From assembly GCA_031258005.1 (NCBI GenBank), contig JAIRNP010000073.1:1-51837 (forward strand): a stretch of DNA of 51,837 nucleotides, given 5' to 3'. The stretch's first letter is position 1. Each line of letters begins with the position of its first letter. A program made the position numbers and the translations under genes. The stretch comes from Treponema sp. (GTDB lineage Bacteria > Spirochaetota > Spirochaetia > Treponematales > Breznakiellaceae). Of this stretch, positions 17,866 through 26,237 are shown piece by piece. Under the pieces are notes generated by a model. It worked only from the letters and a program-made list of their open reading frames with translations, made no database searches and was not told where the DNA came from.

Positions 17866-18012
17866 TAGGCCGAATGTCGAGTTTCGACTAATTCGTTCTT
17901 AATTTATTCACCGCAAGGTCGAAGAAGGAAGGAAAAAAGAACAATTTGGCGCTAAAAACTTATTCGACTTCTTCGACTTGGCGGTGAAATTTAAAACTCG
18001 AAGTTCGGCCTA
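17866..18012. repeat. 147-bp imperfect long inverted repeat (MITE-like or structured-RNA-like)
   Basis: The arms TAGGCCGAAtgTCGAGTTT...TTCACCGCaagGTCGAAGAAG and CTTCTTCGACttgGCGGTGAA...AAACTCGAagTTCGGCCTA were read directly. Confidence 0.6.
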
Positions 18013-18015
18013 TTA

Positions 18016-18049
18016 GAATTGTTCAATAACTTCAGTTATTGAACAATTT
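18016..18049. repeat. Palindromic element GAATTGTTCAATAAC-TTCA-GTTATTGAACAATTC (copy B)
   Basis: A perfect 15-bp stem. The core 28 nt are identical to copy A at 16046-16073. Confidence 0.7.
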
Positions 18050-18183
18050 CCGCTAAAATACGGTAGATTTGGCGGATTTCTGCAAGAAATTCGCCAAATC
18101 TACGAGACTTGTGTCGGACTAAAGTCCGCGACAACCAACCGGGTTGTTGAACAAGTCCATTAAAAAATGATACAAAGAACCTA

Positions 18184-19946
18184 TTATTTCCAGCCCTTCG
18201 CCTGTTCCTGGGCAGTCCACAGGGTATGGTAAAGGCCACAGTTGTTCAAAAGTTCATCATGGGTTCCTTTTTCCCCGATACGCCCTCCGTTAAATACGAT
18301 GATTTGGTCTGCCCCGCGGATAGTCCGTAAATGATGGGCGATGACGAGGACCGTCCTATCTTTGGCAAGGGTACTGATTGCTCTCTGAATTTTTGCTTCA
18401 TTTACCGGATCAACATTGCTGGTAATCTCATCCAATACCACAATCGGAGCGTTTTTGATAAACGCGCGGGCAATGGAGATACGCTGCTTCTGGCCGCCCG
18501 ACAAGCCTACACCGTTTTCCCCAACAGGGGTATCATAGCCATCCGGCAGGCCGGCGATAAAATCATGGATTTGGGCGTGTTTAGCCGCTTCAATCACTTC
18601 GTCCTGGGTCGCTTCGTTTTTACCGATCTTTATATTATCCAAATGCTGCCGGAACTAAGATAGACATTCTGCATGACAATACTGATGTGATCCAATAGAT
18701 CGTCATAGTCCATGTTCCGAATATCAACATTGCCGACTTTGACACTGCCGGCTTGTACGTCCCAGAATCTCAACAAAAGATTCGTTACCGTTGTTTTGCC
18801 GGAACCGGATGGTCCGACAAGCGCGGTCAAACTTCCACGTGGAACATGGAAGCTGACATTGTGCAGGGAAAATTCATCATCATCCCCCGATTCAGCGGCC
18901 TTACCGGTGTCTTTGTCGTTGGCGAAACCATAAGCAAAGCCGACATTTTCAAAACTAATGTCAAATTCATTCACAGTCCGCGCGTCTTGCGGATTCGGCA
19001 CATTCGGTGTCTCTAAAATATCCATAACCCGGCGGTAGCTGTCTTTGATTTTTATAAATTCCAAAAAATACAGTTCCAGTTTAGAAAAGGGTTTATAAAA
19101 AACACTTGAAAAAATAATAAAATACAAGAAGACTTCCGTATTGACCATCCCCCGCTGCACAAAAAGCGCACCGGTAATGAGCATGACGGCGGTGGAGAGT
19201 TCAAAAAAGAAGCCGAAACGGCCCGTGTAACCCGCGATCACTTTAGCCTGATTCGCGCTGCTACGGCCAAAATTTTCAATACTACCCTTGAGTTTTTGCG
19301 TAAAGGCGGCGTTTTCTGAAAATGCCTTCATTAAGGGGATACCTTTTGTGTATTCGACAAACAGGCTCGCCATATCAGCCAAATCATCATTCGTGTTCTT
19401 TTGTGCGGCCCCGCTTTTTCTCAGGCCCATCATCAGGGCTATGACGGCAGGCGGCAGCAAAGAAACCATACACAATCCAAGTATCACGTTTTTGCTAAAC
19501 AGCCACACCCCCACAATCACGGCAACAATAATATCACTCCCCATGACGCACAAAAAATGCCCGACCATGCCCTCCAAATTGTCCACGTCTTTATGAATCA
19601 CCGTGTTGAGTTCTCCCAGTCGTTCCCTGGTGAAGAAACCAAGGGATAACTTTTTCAGTTTGCGGATCAGGCGGACGCGCACATTTTCAACAACGTTAAA
19701 ACCCGCATAGTGTTTGGTCAAATCCGCGAGGATGGTAAAAACAGCCTTCACCAAAAGCAATATAACACCCGCCGCGATCAGCCGTCTCAAATCCACCACA
19801 CCCCTCAGTATAATGCTGAACAATGCGTCTACCGCGAGATAAACGAGACAGGCCCAAAGCAGTTCTCCGACAATAAAACTGAATGTAGCGGCGGCGATAA
19901 ACGCCTTACCAGCCGGGGTTGTAAAGGAGAGCATTTTTTTGAACAT
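18184..19946 (-). pseudogene. ABC transporter fused permease/ATPase, module B subunit 2, interrupted by a frameshift
   Basis: Track ORFs 18630-19946 (TMD, Walker A GPSGSGKTT, ..MQNVYLSSGSIWII stop) and 18184-18642 (DNIKIGKNEAT...LSGGQKQR...VVLDEITS) are two halves of one gene. The junction near 18640-18645 is consistent with loss of 1 nt in the SGSIxDNI motif. Confidence 0.75.
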
Positions 19947-21692
19947 TTACATACCATCCCCGCAGGGTGCCTGTGCCCTGATTTCCCACTTGTCAACGGC
20001 TTCTTGCGCCGCAACCATTTCCGCATACAATGGACAGCTTTCTATCAATTCTCCGTGTTTTCCGGCGGCGGCAATACGGCCCCTATCCATGACAATAATC
20101 TGATCCACACCCATGATTGCGGAAAGGTGATGCGCAATCACAATGAGTGTTTTATCACGGGAAAGATTTAAAATCGCTTTCTGGATTAAATGCTCGTTAT
20201 AAGGATCAATGGTCGCCGTTGCTTCATCAAGTATAATCACCGGCGCATTTTTCAGCATAACCCGTGCAATGGCGATGCGCTGTTTCTCACCGCCAGATAA
20301 CTTCGCCCCGCCTTCGCCAACGATGGTGTCGTATCCGTCAGGCAGTGCGTTGATCCTCTCGTGAATACACGCCAGTTTCGCCGCTGCCACAATATCTTCC
20401 CGGCCCGCGCCATGCCGCCCTATGGCGATGTTGTCCGCGATGGAGGTATTGAACAGAAAACTTTCCTGTTGAACGATGGAAATGAGTTTCGACAGTTCTT
20501 TTTCATTTACGTCCGCTATGTTTTCCCCACCTATGGTAACGCTGCCTTCCCCCGTTTTCCAAAAGCCCATAATGAGGTTTGCAATCGTTGATTTTCCAGA
20601 ACCGGATGACCCGACAATCGCGCTCGTTTCTCCCTGCCGGAATATCACACTGATATTTTTAAGCGCATCCTCACACCCGTCATAGCTGAATGTAACATTT
20701 TCAAAGACAATATCACCGTTGGTGAGGGTTGTTTTTTCGTTTTCCGGATCGGCACTTTCGCCGGTGATACTCACAATATTCGCCGCCATACGGTTCAGTA
20801 TTATACCCGCGTGTTCGTAGGACATATATTTGATCATAGCAGCGGAAAAAGTAATGGACAGTACCAGTCCCAGCACAAAGCGCGTAACCGAGATACCGCC
20901 GCCTGACAGCAGGTGAAGTCCGCAGATAATCACAAGAAATACGCCTGCCTGGAGAACCATCATCACGATGCCCTGCGGAACGGAGATGCCAAGTATCATG
21001 CGGCGCATAGCCTTTACATAACTTTTGATGTAAGAAATAAGCGCGTTACTCTTACGTTCCGATTTTGAAAACGCTTTGACCGCCGGTATGATGGCGGTAT
21101 ATTCCATGAGGTTTTCCGCCATTTCTTTTGTTGCCTGGTTGTACCGTGCGAGCAGGCCGCTCCAAAGCATGAACAGCAGTGCCAGCAGCCCTAGCGCCAC
21201 GGCAACTGGTACGATCAGACAGAAGGCAAGCCGCCATTCAATTATAAACATCAAAGCAGCGATGAGCGCGGCGACAAGCGTTGTGGCAATGATTTCCGGC
21301 TGCGTGTGAGCAAGGTAAAGCTCAATTTGTTCCACGTCATGGCCGATGATATTGGTCAGATCCCCCGCCATACGTTTTTGAAAAAATCCAAGGGGCAGCT
21401 TCTTCAAATGGCTGATGATGTCGAACCGTAAATCAGCAAGGGCCTTGTATGCGGCGTGATGCGCCCGCCAAAGTCCCAGAGCATTAAACACGGCCTTAAT
21501 GATTTGCAGGATGGCTATACCCGCGCCAAGCTGCCATATCTGTTCCCGGCTTATTTCCCCCGCAAAAAGCAGATGCACCAGCAGGACAGTCAACAGTGTA
21601 GTCCCGATACCGGACAGCACGCTCACAAACACATATATATTGGAGGCGCGGTTTTTAGCTTTGATCTGTTTGACCAGTGTTTTGGTTTCCAA
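19947..21692 (-). CDS. ABC transporter fused permease/ATPase, module B subunit 1
   Basis: Walker A GSSGSGKST, signature LSGGEKQR and Walker B IILDEATA are present. It has a TTG start at 21692 with AGGGGA 6 nt upstream. Its stop abuts the ATG of the next gene. Confidence 0.8.
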   Translation of the reverse strand: METKTLVKQIKAKNRASNIYVFVSVLSGIGTTLLTVLLVHLLFAGEISREQIWQLGAGIAILQIIKAVFNALGLWRAHHAAYKALADLRFDIISHLKKLPLGFFQKRMAGDLTNIIGHDVEQIELYLAHTQPEIIATTLVAALIAALMFIIEWRLAFCLIVPVAVALGLLALLFMLWSGLLARYNQATKEMAENLMEYTAIIPAVKAFSKSERKSNALISYIKSYVKAMRRMILGISVPQGIVMMVLQAGVFLVIICGLHLLSGGGISVTRFVLGLVLSITFSAAMIKYMSYEHAGIILNRMAANIVSITGESADPENEKTTLTNGDIVFENVTFSYDGCEDALKNISVIFRQGETSAIVGSSGSGKSTIANLIMGFWKTGEGSVTIGGENIADVNEKELSKLISIVQQESFLFNTSIADNIAIGRHGAGREDIVAAAKLACIHERINALPDGYDTIVGEGGAKLSGGEKQRIAIARVMLKNAPVIILDEATATIDPYNEHLIQKAILNLSRDKTLIVIAHHLSAIMGVDQIIVMDRGRIAAAGKHGELIESCPLYAEMVAAQEAVDKWEIRAQAPCGDGM

Positions 21693-21773
21693 GCTTAATC
21701 CCCTAATGTTTATCCCTGAAAACCATCTAACATCCCTACGCCCATGTTCCCCATTTCCGGTTTTCCAGTGTTT

Positions 21774-21789
21774 GTGAGAAAAAACTAAT
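21774..21789. promoter_or_regulatory. Degenerate GTTAG-N6-CTAAC palindrome, site 7 (two mismatches)
   Basis: GTGAG AAAAAA CTAAT. It sits about 30 nt from direct-repeat copy c, the same spacing as at sites 3 and 6. Confidence 0.2.
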
Positions 21790-21820
21790 TATATAATCAA
21801 TATTTTTTCACGTTATACCT

Positions 21821-21845
21821 ACTCCAATTACCTAAAAACACTCCA
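21821..21845 (-). promoter_or_regulatory. Direct repeat TGGAGT-N13-TGGAGT (minus-strand reading), copy c
   Basis: The plus strand reads ACTCCA at 21821 and 21840 in the context CTACTCCAATTACCTAAAAACACTCC. Confidence 0.4.
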
Positions 21846-22029
21846 TATAATACCGACTTTATAAAAAATCAGGGCATTTAGGGGCATTTAGGAAAAAGAA
21901 GAATATTTTCAGTCCTAATTCCTACACCCCTTCCCCCAATTTAAGTATTTTATCGAAATTACGATTGTCAACAAGTTAAGGGATAGATACCTCTCCAAGG
22001 AAGTGATAAACCGGAAACCGGAGGGGTAA

Positions 22030-22600
22030 AATGGGGGAAAAAATTGTCCTGAAGCAGTCCGAAATCTCCTGGGGAAAGCCCATAGAAAACGGCATAAAAG
22101 GTCTCGGGGCAAGAAAAATTGCGCCTCAAAGATACCGAACCGCCGTGATATACGCGAGCGTCCGCCGGAAGACGCAGGGCGGGAGCAGGCAGGCCATGGG
22201 GAAGTCGATACGGTGGTCTCCCGGCAAAGCAAGGTATGTGCGGCGGTTTTGGTGGAACGGAACACCCGGTAGTACTTAACCTGAGTTCGCTGGAATCCGC
22301 GAAGGAACGCTCATTTCAGCGAATTATTCGAATACATTCGCGTAATAGCGGACTAAAGTCCGGCGGACTAAAGTCCGGCGGACTTTTTTCTCTCGGTCGA
22401 ACTCACGTTACTTAGGGTTCCGTATGGAAGGCAAGAGCGCCCGTTCCATGAGCGGGCATTGGAGCAGGCCCTCCGCCGGCTCCCGCCCTGCCTGGGCAGA
22501 ACCCGTACCTATGACAAGGGCCGTGAAAACGCCTTGCATGAGTTGGTGAATACGGCGCCGGGGACGAAGCGGCAATGGCCGATCGTATTTCTGCAAACCC
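22030..22600 (+). pseudogene. IS30-family transposase pseudogene, split by a MITE
   Basis: A frame with no start codon reads ..HRKRHKRSRGKKNCASKIPNRRDIRERPPEDAGREQAGHGEVDTVVSRQSKVCAAVLVERNTR(stop), matching the IS30 pattern I.ERP...R..GHWE.D.V......lvERktR. After the insert, ..ALEQALRRLPPCLGRTRTYDKGRENALHELV matches kT.T.DNG.EF..H. Stops and frameshifts are present. Confidence 0.6.
22280..22407. mobile_element. 128-bp MITE with terminal inverted repeats and target duplication
   Basis: The left end is CCTGAGTTCG. The right end CGAACTCACG reverse-complements to CGTGAGTTCG, a 9/10 match. TACTTA flanks both sides (22273-22278 and 22409-22414). Internally there is a 15-bp tandem GGCGGACTAAAGTCC at about 2.6 copies. 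The host reading frame resumes after the insert. Confidence 0.7.
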
Positions 22601-22684
22601 TATCACCCTTGTGATAAGGGGAGTATAGAAAACCGGATTCGAGTGTCAAAGGCTTGTGTCAAGATGTCTCTAATAAAAAATAGC

Positions 22685-22713
22685 TTGATTTTAACGATAA
22701 TAAGTATTATTAT
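22685..22713 (+). promoter_or_regulatory. Sigma70-like promoter TTGATT-N17-TATTAT of rubrerythrin
   Basis: Hexamers are at 22685-22690 and 22708-22713. The RBS AGGAGAGGAGG precedes the ATG at 22779. Confidence 0.4.
22697..22710. promoter_or_regulatory. AT-rich palindrome ATAATA-AG-TATTAT (PerR/Fur-box-like) overlapping the promoter spacer and -10
   Basis: Read directly. It resembles Fur-family operators of the TGATAAT-N-ATTATCA type. Confidence 0.35.
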
Positions 22714-22778
22714 TAAATCAATGTAAGACCAAAACGGTTTTTCAAACATTTTTTATTTTAATTAGGAGAGGAGGCCTT

Positions 22779-23330
22779 ATGGCTAATCTAAAGGACAGCA
22801 AGACGGAGCAAAATTTGCTGGCGGCTTTTGCCGGGGAATCACAGGCGCGGGGTAAGTATTTCTACTTTGCGGCTAAGGCAAAAGAAGAAGGGTATACGCG
22901 GATAGCGCGGGTTTTTGAGGAAACGGCAAACAACGAGTATGAACACGCAAAAATCTGGTTCAAGTATCTGGAAGGGATAGGCAGCACCGAGGATAACCTT
23001 AAGACGGCGGCATCCGGCGAGAATTACGAGGCGACGGATATGTACGTCAATTTTGCCAAAACAGCAAAAGAAGAAGGCTTTACCGAGATAGCCGAGCGGT
23101 TTGGGCAGATAGCGGCCATCGAGAAAGAACACGAGGCGCGTTATAAAAAATTGCTCGAAAATATAGGCAAAAGCAAGACCGGGGGCGGAGATTTCCATGA
23201 CTGGGAGTGTGTCAACTGCGGTAATACTATTAAAGCAAAGACCGCGCCCAACAAATGTCCTGTTTGCGCTTATGCGGACATTCCCTGGTCCGGAGTAGCG
23301 GCATACATACCCAGGAAAGAATATTATTAA
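22779..23330 (+). CDS. rbr: Rubrerythrin
   Basis: 183 aa. The ferritin-like di-iron motifs are ..ESQARGKY.., EYEHA.. and ..EKEHE... The C-terminal rubredoxin-like motif is CVNCG...CPVC. Confidence 0.9.
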   Translation: MANLKDSKTEQNLLAAFAGESQARGKYFYFAAKAKEEGYTRIARVFEETANNEYEHAKIWFKYLEGIGSTEDNLKTAASGENYEATDMYVNFAKTAKEEGFTEIAERFGQIAAIEKEHEARYKKLLENIGKSKTGGGDFHDWECVNCGNTIKAKTAPNKCPVCAYADIPWSGVAAYIPRKEYY

Positions 23331-23462
23331 AAGATGAATCTACCGGATTGCGGATGGGCCGCCGCATAGCGGGGCGGTCTTTACCCTTACCGTGAACGAG
23401 CCTTTGATTTTGTTCCGTGAAGGGCTGTCGGGGGCTGAAATGTCTCATTTCAAAAAGTAACG

Positions 23463-24293
23463 TTAGGCCGCCGGTTCCCTTTCCAAAGAGGGGTACGGTG
23501 CGGCGATGGCCTCCCGCAACGCGAGGATGGCCTTGTTGACATTGTGCTGTAGCTGAACCGGATGGTACAGTCCGCAGAGCCTGGTGAGTTTCGCCTTTGC
23601 TTCTGGCGACAGTGCGTCCGATTCCAAAAGACGCTGATAGAGGCTGCGGGGTTCGCCGTATTTTTTTTTGATTTCTTTGGAACCGGCCTTGACCTTACTT
23701 TCAAGCTTCATAGCGGAGGAACGGTAGACCTCGGCGAGGCGGGACTGTAAGGCTTCCCCCACAAGGCGGTCATCGCCGATATACTCACGGACTCAGGCGC
23801 CGTTTTTCTGTTCGACTCGGACCAGAGGTCCGCAAGCAATGGGCATTTTTCTTATGGTCTCGTGAGGGGGTACAGGTCTTCCCGCAGTGGTGGCGGACTA
23901 AGGTCCGACGGGGTCAATTGGGATAAAACCGGGGAGTTTACGCTCCGCTGAGAAGGTGCGGATAGGGACACGGTGTTTGAGTATACCCCCCGGTTTGACG
24001 GCCTTGCCTTTTACCAAGAGGAGGGCCTTTTGAGCCTTCGGCTTATTCAGGATACGCAGAACGTATTTCCGGTTATACCCGGCGATAAACCGCAGTTCTT
24101 CCCGAATGGCTGGGTTTTTCTTTCCTGCCTGCGTTCGTATAGCGGTAACGGTAGGCGGCGATGACGTTTCGTTTTTCTTTCATGGATAACCCCATATTGA
24201 CCTCCGAGAACGGTTGCTCCCGGATAGTCTGCCTTGAATTGGGTTACATTTTCGATGAAGCAATGCCCTTGGATTCCCATCGAACTCACGTTA
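23463..24293 (-). mobile_element. Internally deleted, frameshifted rve/DDE-type transposase remnant with one IS end
   Basis: The minus strand reads as follows. The ATG at 24183 gives MKEKRNVIAAYRYRYTNAGRKEK, then a frameshift gives PAIREELRFIAGYNRKYVLRILN (HTH). This is followed by ..LPGFIPIDPVGP(stop), a deletion, then ..VEQKNGA(stop)VREYIGDD.., then the track ORF 23463-23762 ..KKKYGEPRSLYQRLLES... The end at 24283-24293 (ACGTGAGTTCGATGGGAATCC on the minus strand) matches the MITE end ACCTGAGTTCGCTGGAATCC. Confidence 0.6.
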
Positions 24294-24307
24294 CCTCGTA
24301 CCGGGGC

Positions 24308-24967
24308 TTAAAACAAAGCCGCTGCTTCCGCCAGATCAGTACAGCGGCGCCAGACTGTGGCGAGTATATCCGGCGGCGGTTCCATGAGATCTTTAATAAA
24401 CACCGACCGGATTCCCGCAGCATGAAGCCCTTGGAGGCCTGCAGGAGAATCCTCAAAACCTACACAGTCCTGAGGCTCCTTATCCAGTCGATCCGCGGCG
24501 AGGAGAAAAATATCCGGTGCAGGTTTTCCCCGGTTCACCTCATCCCCAAAGGCAAAAACCTCAAAACGATCCAGAATACGGGCCTTTTTCAGCTTCCATA
24601 TCCCTATCTCCTGAGCGGTTGAAGTGGCAAGCCCCAGGGGAATCCCCAGCGAATCGAGATGATCCAGCAGGGTAAGCAGTCCTGGCCGATGAGGGATACC
24701 CGCTTGTTCAATCTTTTCACGCATAATCCGGATCGCTTCTTTCCTGATGGTATCATAGGGAAAATCCGGGCCGTATTCCTGCATAAACACCGCCCGAGTA
24801 GCAGCCTCATTCACCCCCACGGTACGGAACACCAGTTCCGGGGTAATATTCCAGCCCCGGGCTTGGCTAACCTGGATCCAAAGCTCCACCATGGGTCGTT
24901 CAGTATCCAACATGAGGCCATCCATATCGAATATGACCGCCGCAGGACGCAAGGTATGGGTAATCAT
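24308..24967 (-). CDS. HAD-superfamily hydrolase (beta-phosphoglucomutase/phosphatase-like, subfamily IA)
   Basis: Motif I is AVIFDMDGLMLDTE. LATST, ..GKPAPD.. and ..FEDSPAGL are also present. The start was trimmed to the ATG at 24967. 24982 is an alternative start. Confidence 0.8.
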   Translation of the reverse strand: MITHTLRPAAVIFDMDGLMLDTERPMVELWIQVSQARGWNITPELVFRTVGVNEAATRAVFMQEYGPDFPYDTIRKEAIRIMREKIEQAGIPHRPGLLTLLDHLDSLGIPLGLATSTAQEIGIWKLKKARILDRFEVFAFGDEVNRGKPAPDIFLLAADRLDKEPQDCVGFEDSPAGLQGLHAAGIRSVFIKDLMEPPPDILATVWRRCTDLAEAAALF

Positions 24968-25077
24968 AGGCGATGATACCATAGGAAAGAGGATCGTGAA
25001 ATGCCCCGTTGACCAAAGGGACGGGTAATCGCTATGTTCAAGTATGCTCAGAGCTTCCGGGAATAAGGCGGATACAG

Positions 25078-26088
25078 ATGAAGCAGGCTGAGAAACAGTC
25101 CGATCCCCCACCGGCAGAGGAAAAAAAGGGTATCCGGCTGCTGCTCGTAACGGGCTTGTGCATCTTTGTGGGGGTGTTAGGCGTAACGAGTGTTATCTTT
25201 GTCCGTACCTTGTTCGTGCTTGATGGGGCCTCCGTAACGGGAGAGGATCCTCAAGGCTATCCTGCAGATGCGCCTCAAGAGCCTTGGGTTCCTGCGGAGC
25301 CAGAGGAGCCCCCGGTTTCTCAAGAGCCTGCAGAAGAGGAAGCTATCAGGCCCGATGCGGAGTCGAAGGACACGGAAGCCTCTGGGCCCCCTGCTGAGCA
25401 GCCCCCAAAACCCCGGTACCAGGGAAGGCTGGTGTTTGTCATTGATGATGCCGGCAATAACCTGGAGGAATTGGAGCCGTTTCTGCGCTTTTCCGGCCCC
25501 CTTACCATTGCGGTATTGCCGGGGCTTCCCTATTCCGTGGAAGCTGCCCGGCGTATACGGGCTGCAGGAAAGGAACTGTTCCTCCATCAGCCTATGGAGG
25601 CGCTGGGAGGGCAGGATCCTGGACCGGGGGCCATTTATGCAGGGATGTCTGCAGAAACAATCCGGGCGGTGGTGGAAGGTAATTTAGCGGAAATAGGTCC
25701 TGTGGCAGGGATGAATAACCACCAAGGTTCCAAGATAACCAGGGATCCTGAGGCTATGGAGACCATACTGACCCTATGCCGGGAACGGGGTATCTATTTT
25801 CTTGATTCCAGAACGATAGCGGATACCGCAGCGCCGGATGTGGCAAAACGCCTGGGAATACCTATTGGGGAACGGGATGTGTTTATAGACAATATTCAGG
25901 CAAAGACCGCCATGATCCAATGTGTGGAAACAGGGCTTCACAGGGCAGCGCAGAAGGGAGTTGCGGTGCTGATCGGTCATACCTGGTCCCCTGAACTGGC
26001 TGCGACCCTGGAGGAGTTATATCCCGCCCTGGTGGAACGGGGGTATTCTTTTGCCACACTATCCCCTCTCATGCAGGCACATCCCTGA
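25078..26088 (+). CDS. Divergent polysaccharide deacetylase family protein (YibQ-like) with an N-terminal TM and a Pro/Glu-rich linker
   Basis: LVFVIDDAGNNLEELEPFL..PLTIAVLPGLPYS...FLHQPME...MNNHQGSK matches the YibQ family pattern. The start was trimmed to the ATG at 25078. Confidence 0.75.
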   Translation: MKQAEKQSDPPPAEEKKGIRLLLVTGLCIFVGVLGVTSVIFVRTLFVLDGASVTGEDPQGYPADAPQEPWVPAEPEEPPVSQEPAEEEAIRPDAESKDTEASGPPAEQPPKPRYQGRLVFVIDDAGNNLEELEPFLRFSGPLTIAVLPGLPYSVEAARRIRAAGKELFLHQPMEALGGQDPGPGAIYAGMSAETIRAVVEGNLAEIGPVAGMNNHQGSKITRDPEAMETILTLCRERGIYFLDSRTIADTAAPDVAKRLGIPIGERDVFIDNIQAKTAMIQCVETGLHRAAQKGVAVLIGHTWSPELAATLEELYPALVERGYSFATLSPLMQAHP

Positions 26089-26237
26089 TAATCGGTCCCC
26101 TCAGGGCAAAAGTCCAGGGGCCGCCGGGCTTTTTTTATTGCCCTATAATCCTTTGTAGATTCCGGTGTAGATTCCGGCGGGTTAAACGCCGGAAACGCTT
26201 CTTGCCTAGCCTGTGCAACCAGGGTATGCTGGAGAAA

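Noticed and set aside
22030-22280. A GC-rich, structured-looking stretch (GGGGAAAGCCCAUAG..., GGAACACCCGGUAG) that briefly suggested an RNase P-like RNA, a group II intron fragment or a riboswitch. The track also lists ORFs 22031-22279 (+) and 21915-22265 (-) here.
   Set aside because: It lacks the universal GGAAAGUCC RNase P motif and lacks group II 5' and domain V signatures. A third frame translates cleanly into an IS30-type transposase segment, which explains the region.
26154-26177. A perfect tandem 12-mer, TGTAGATTCCGG x2, upstream of tsaD.
   Set aside because: It is real in the sequence, but it has only two copies, no associated promoter hexamers at sensible spacing and no second occurrence in the window. 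It is noted only as a curiosity.
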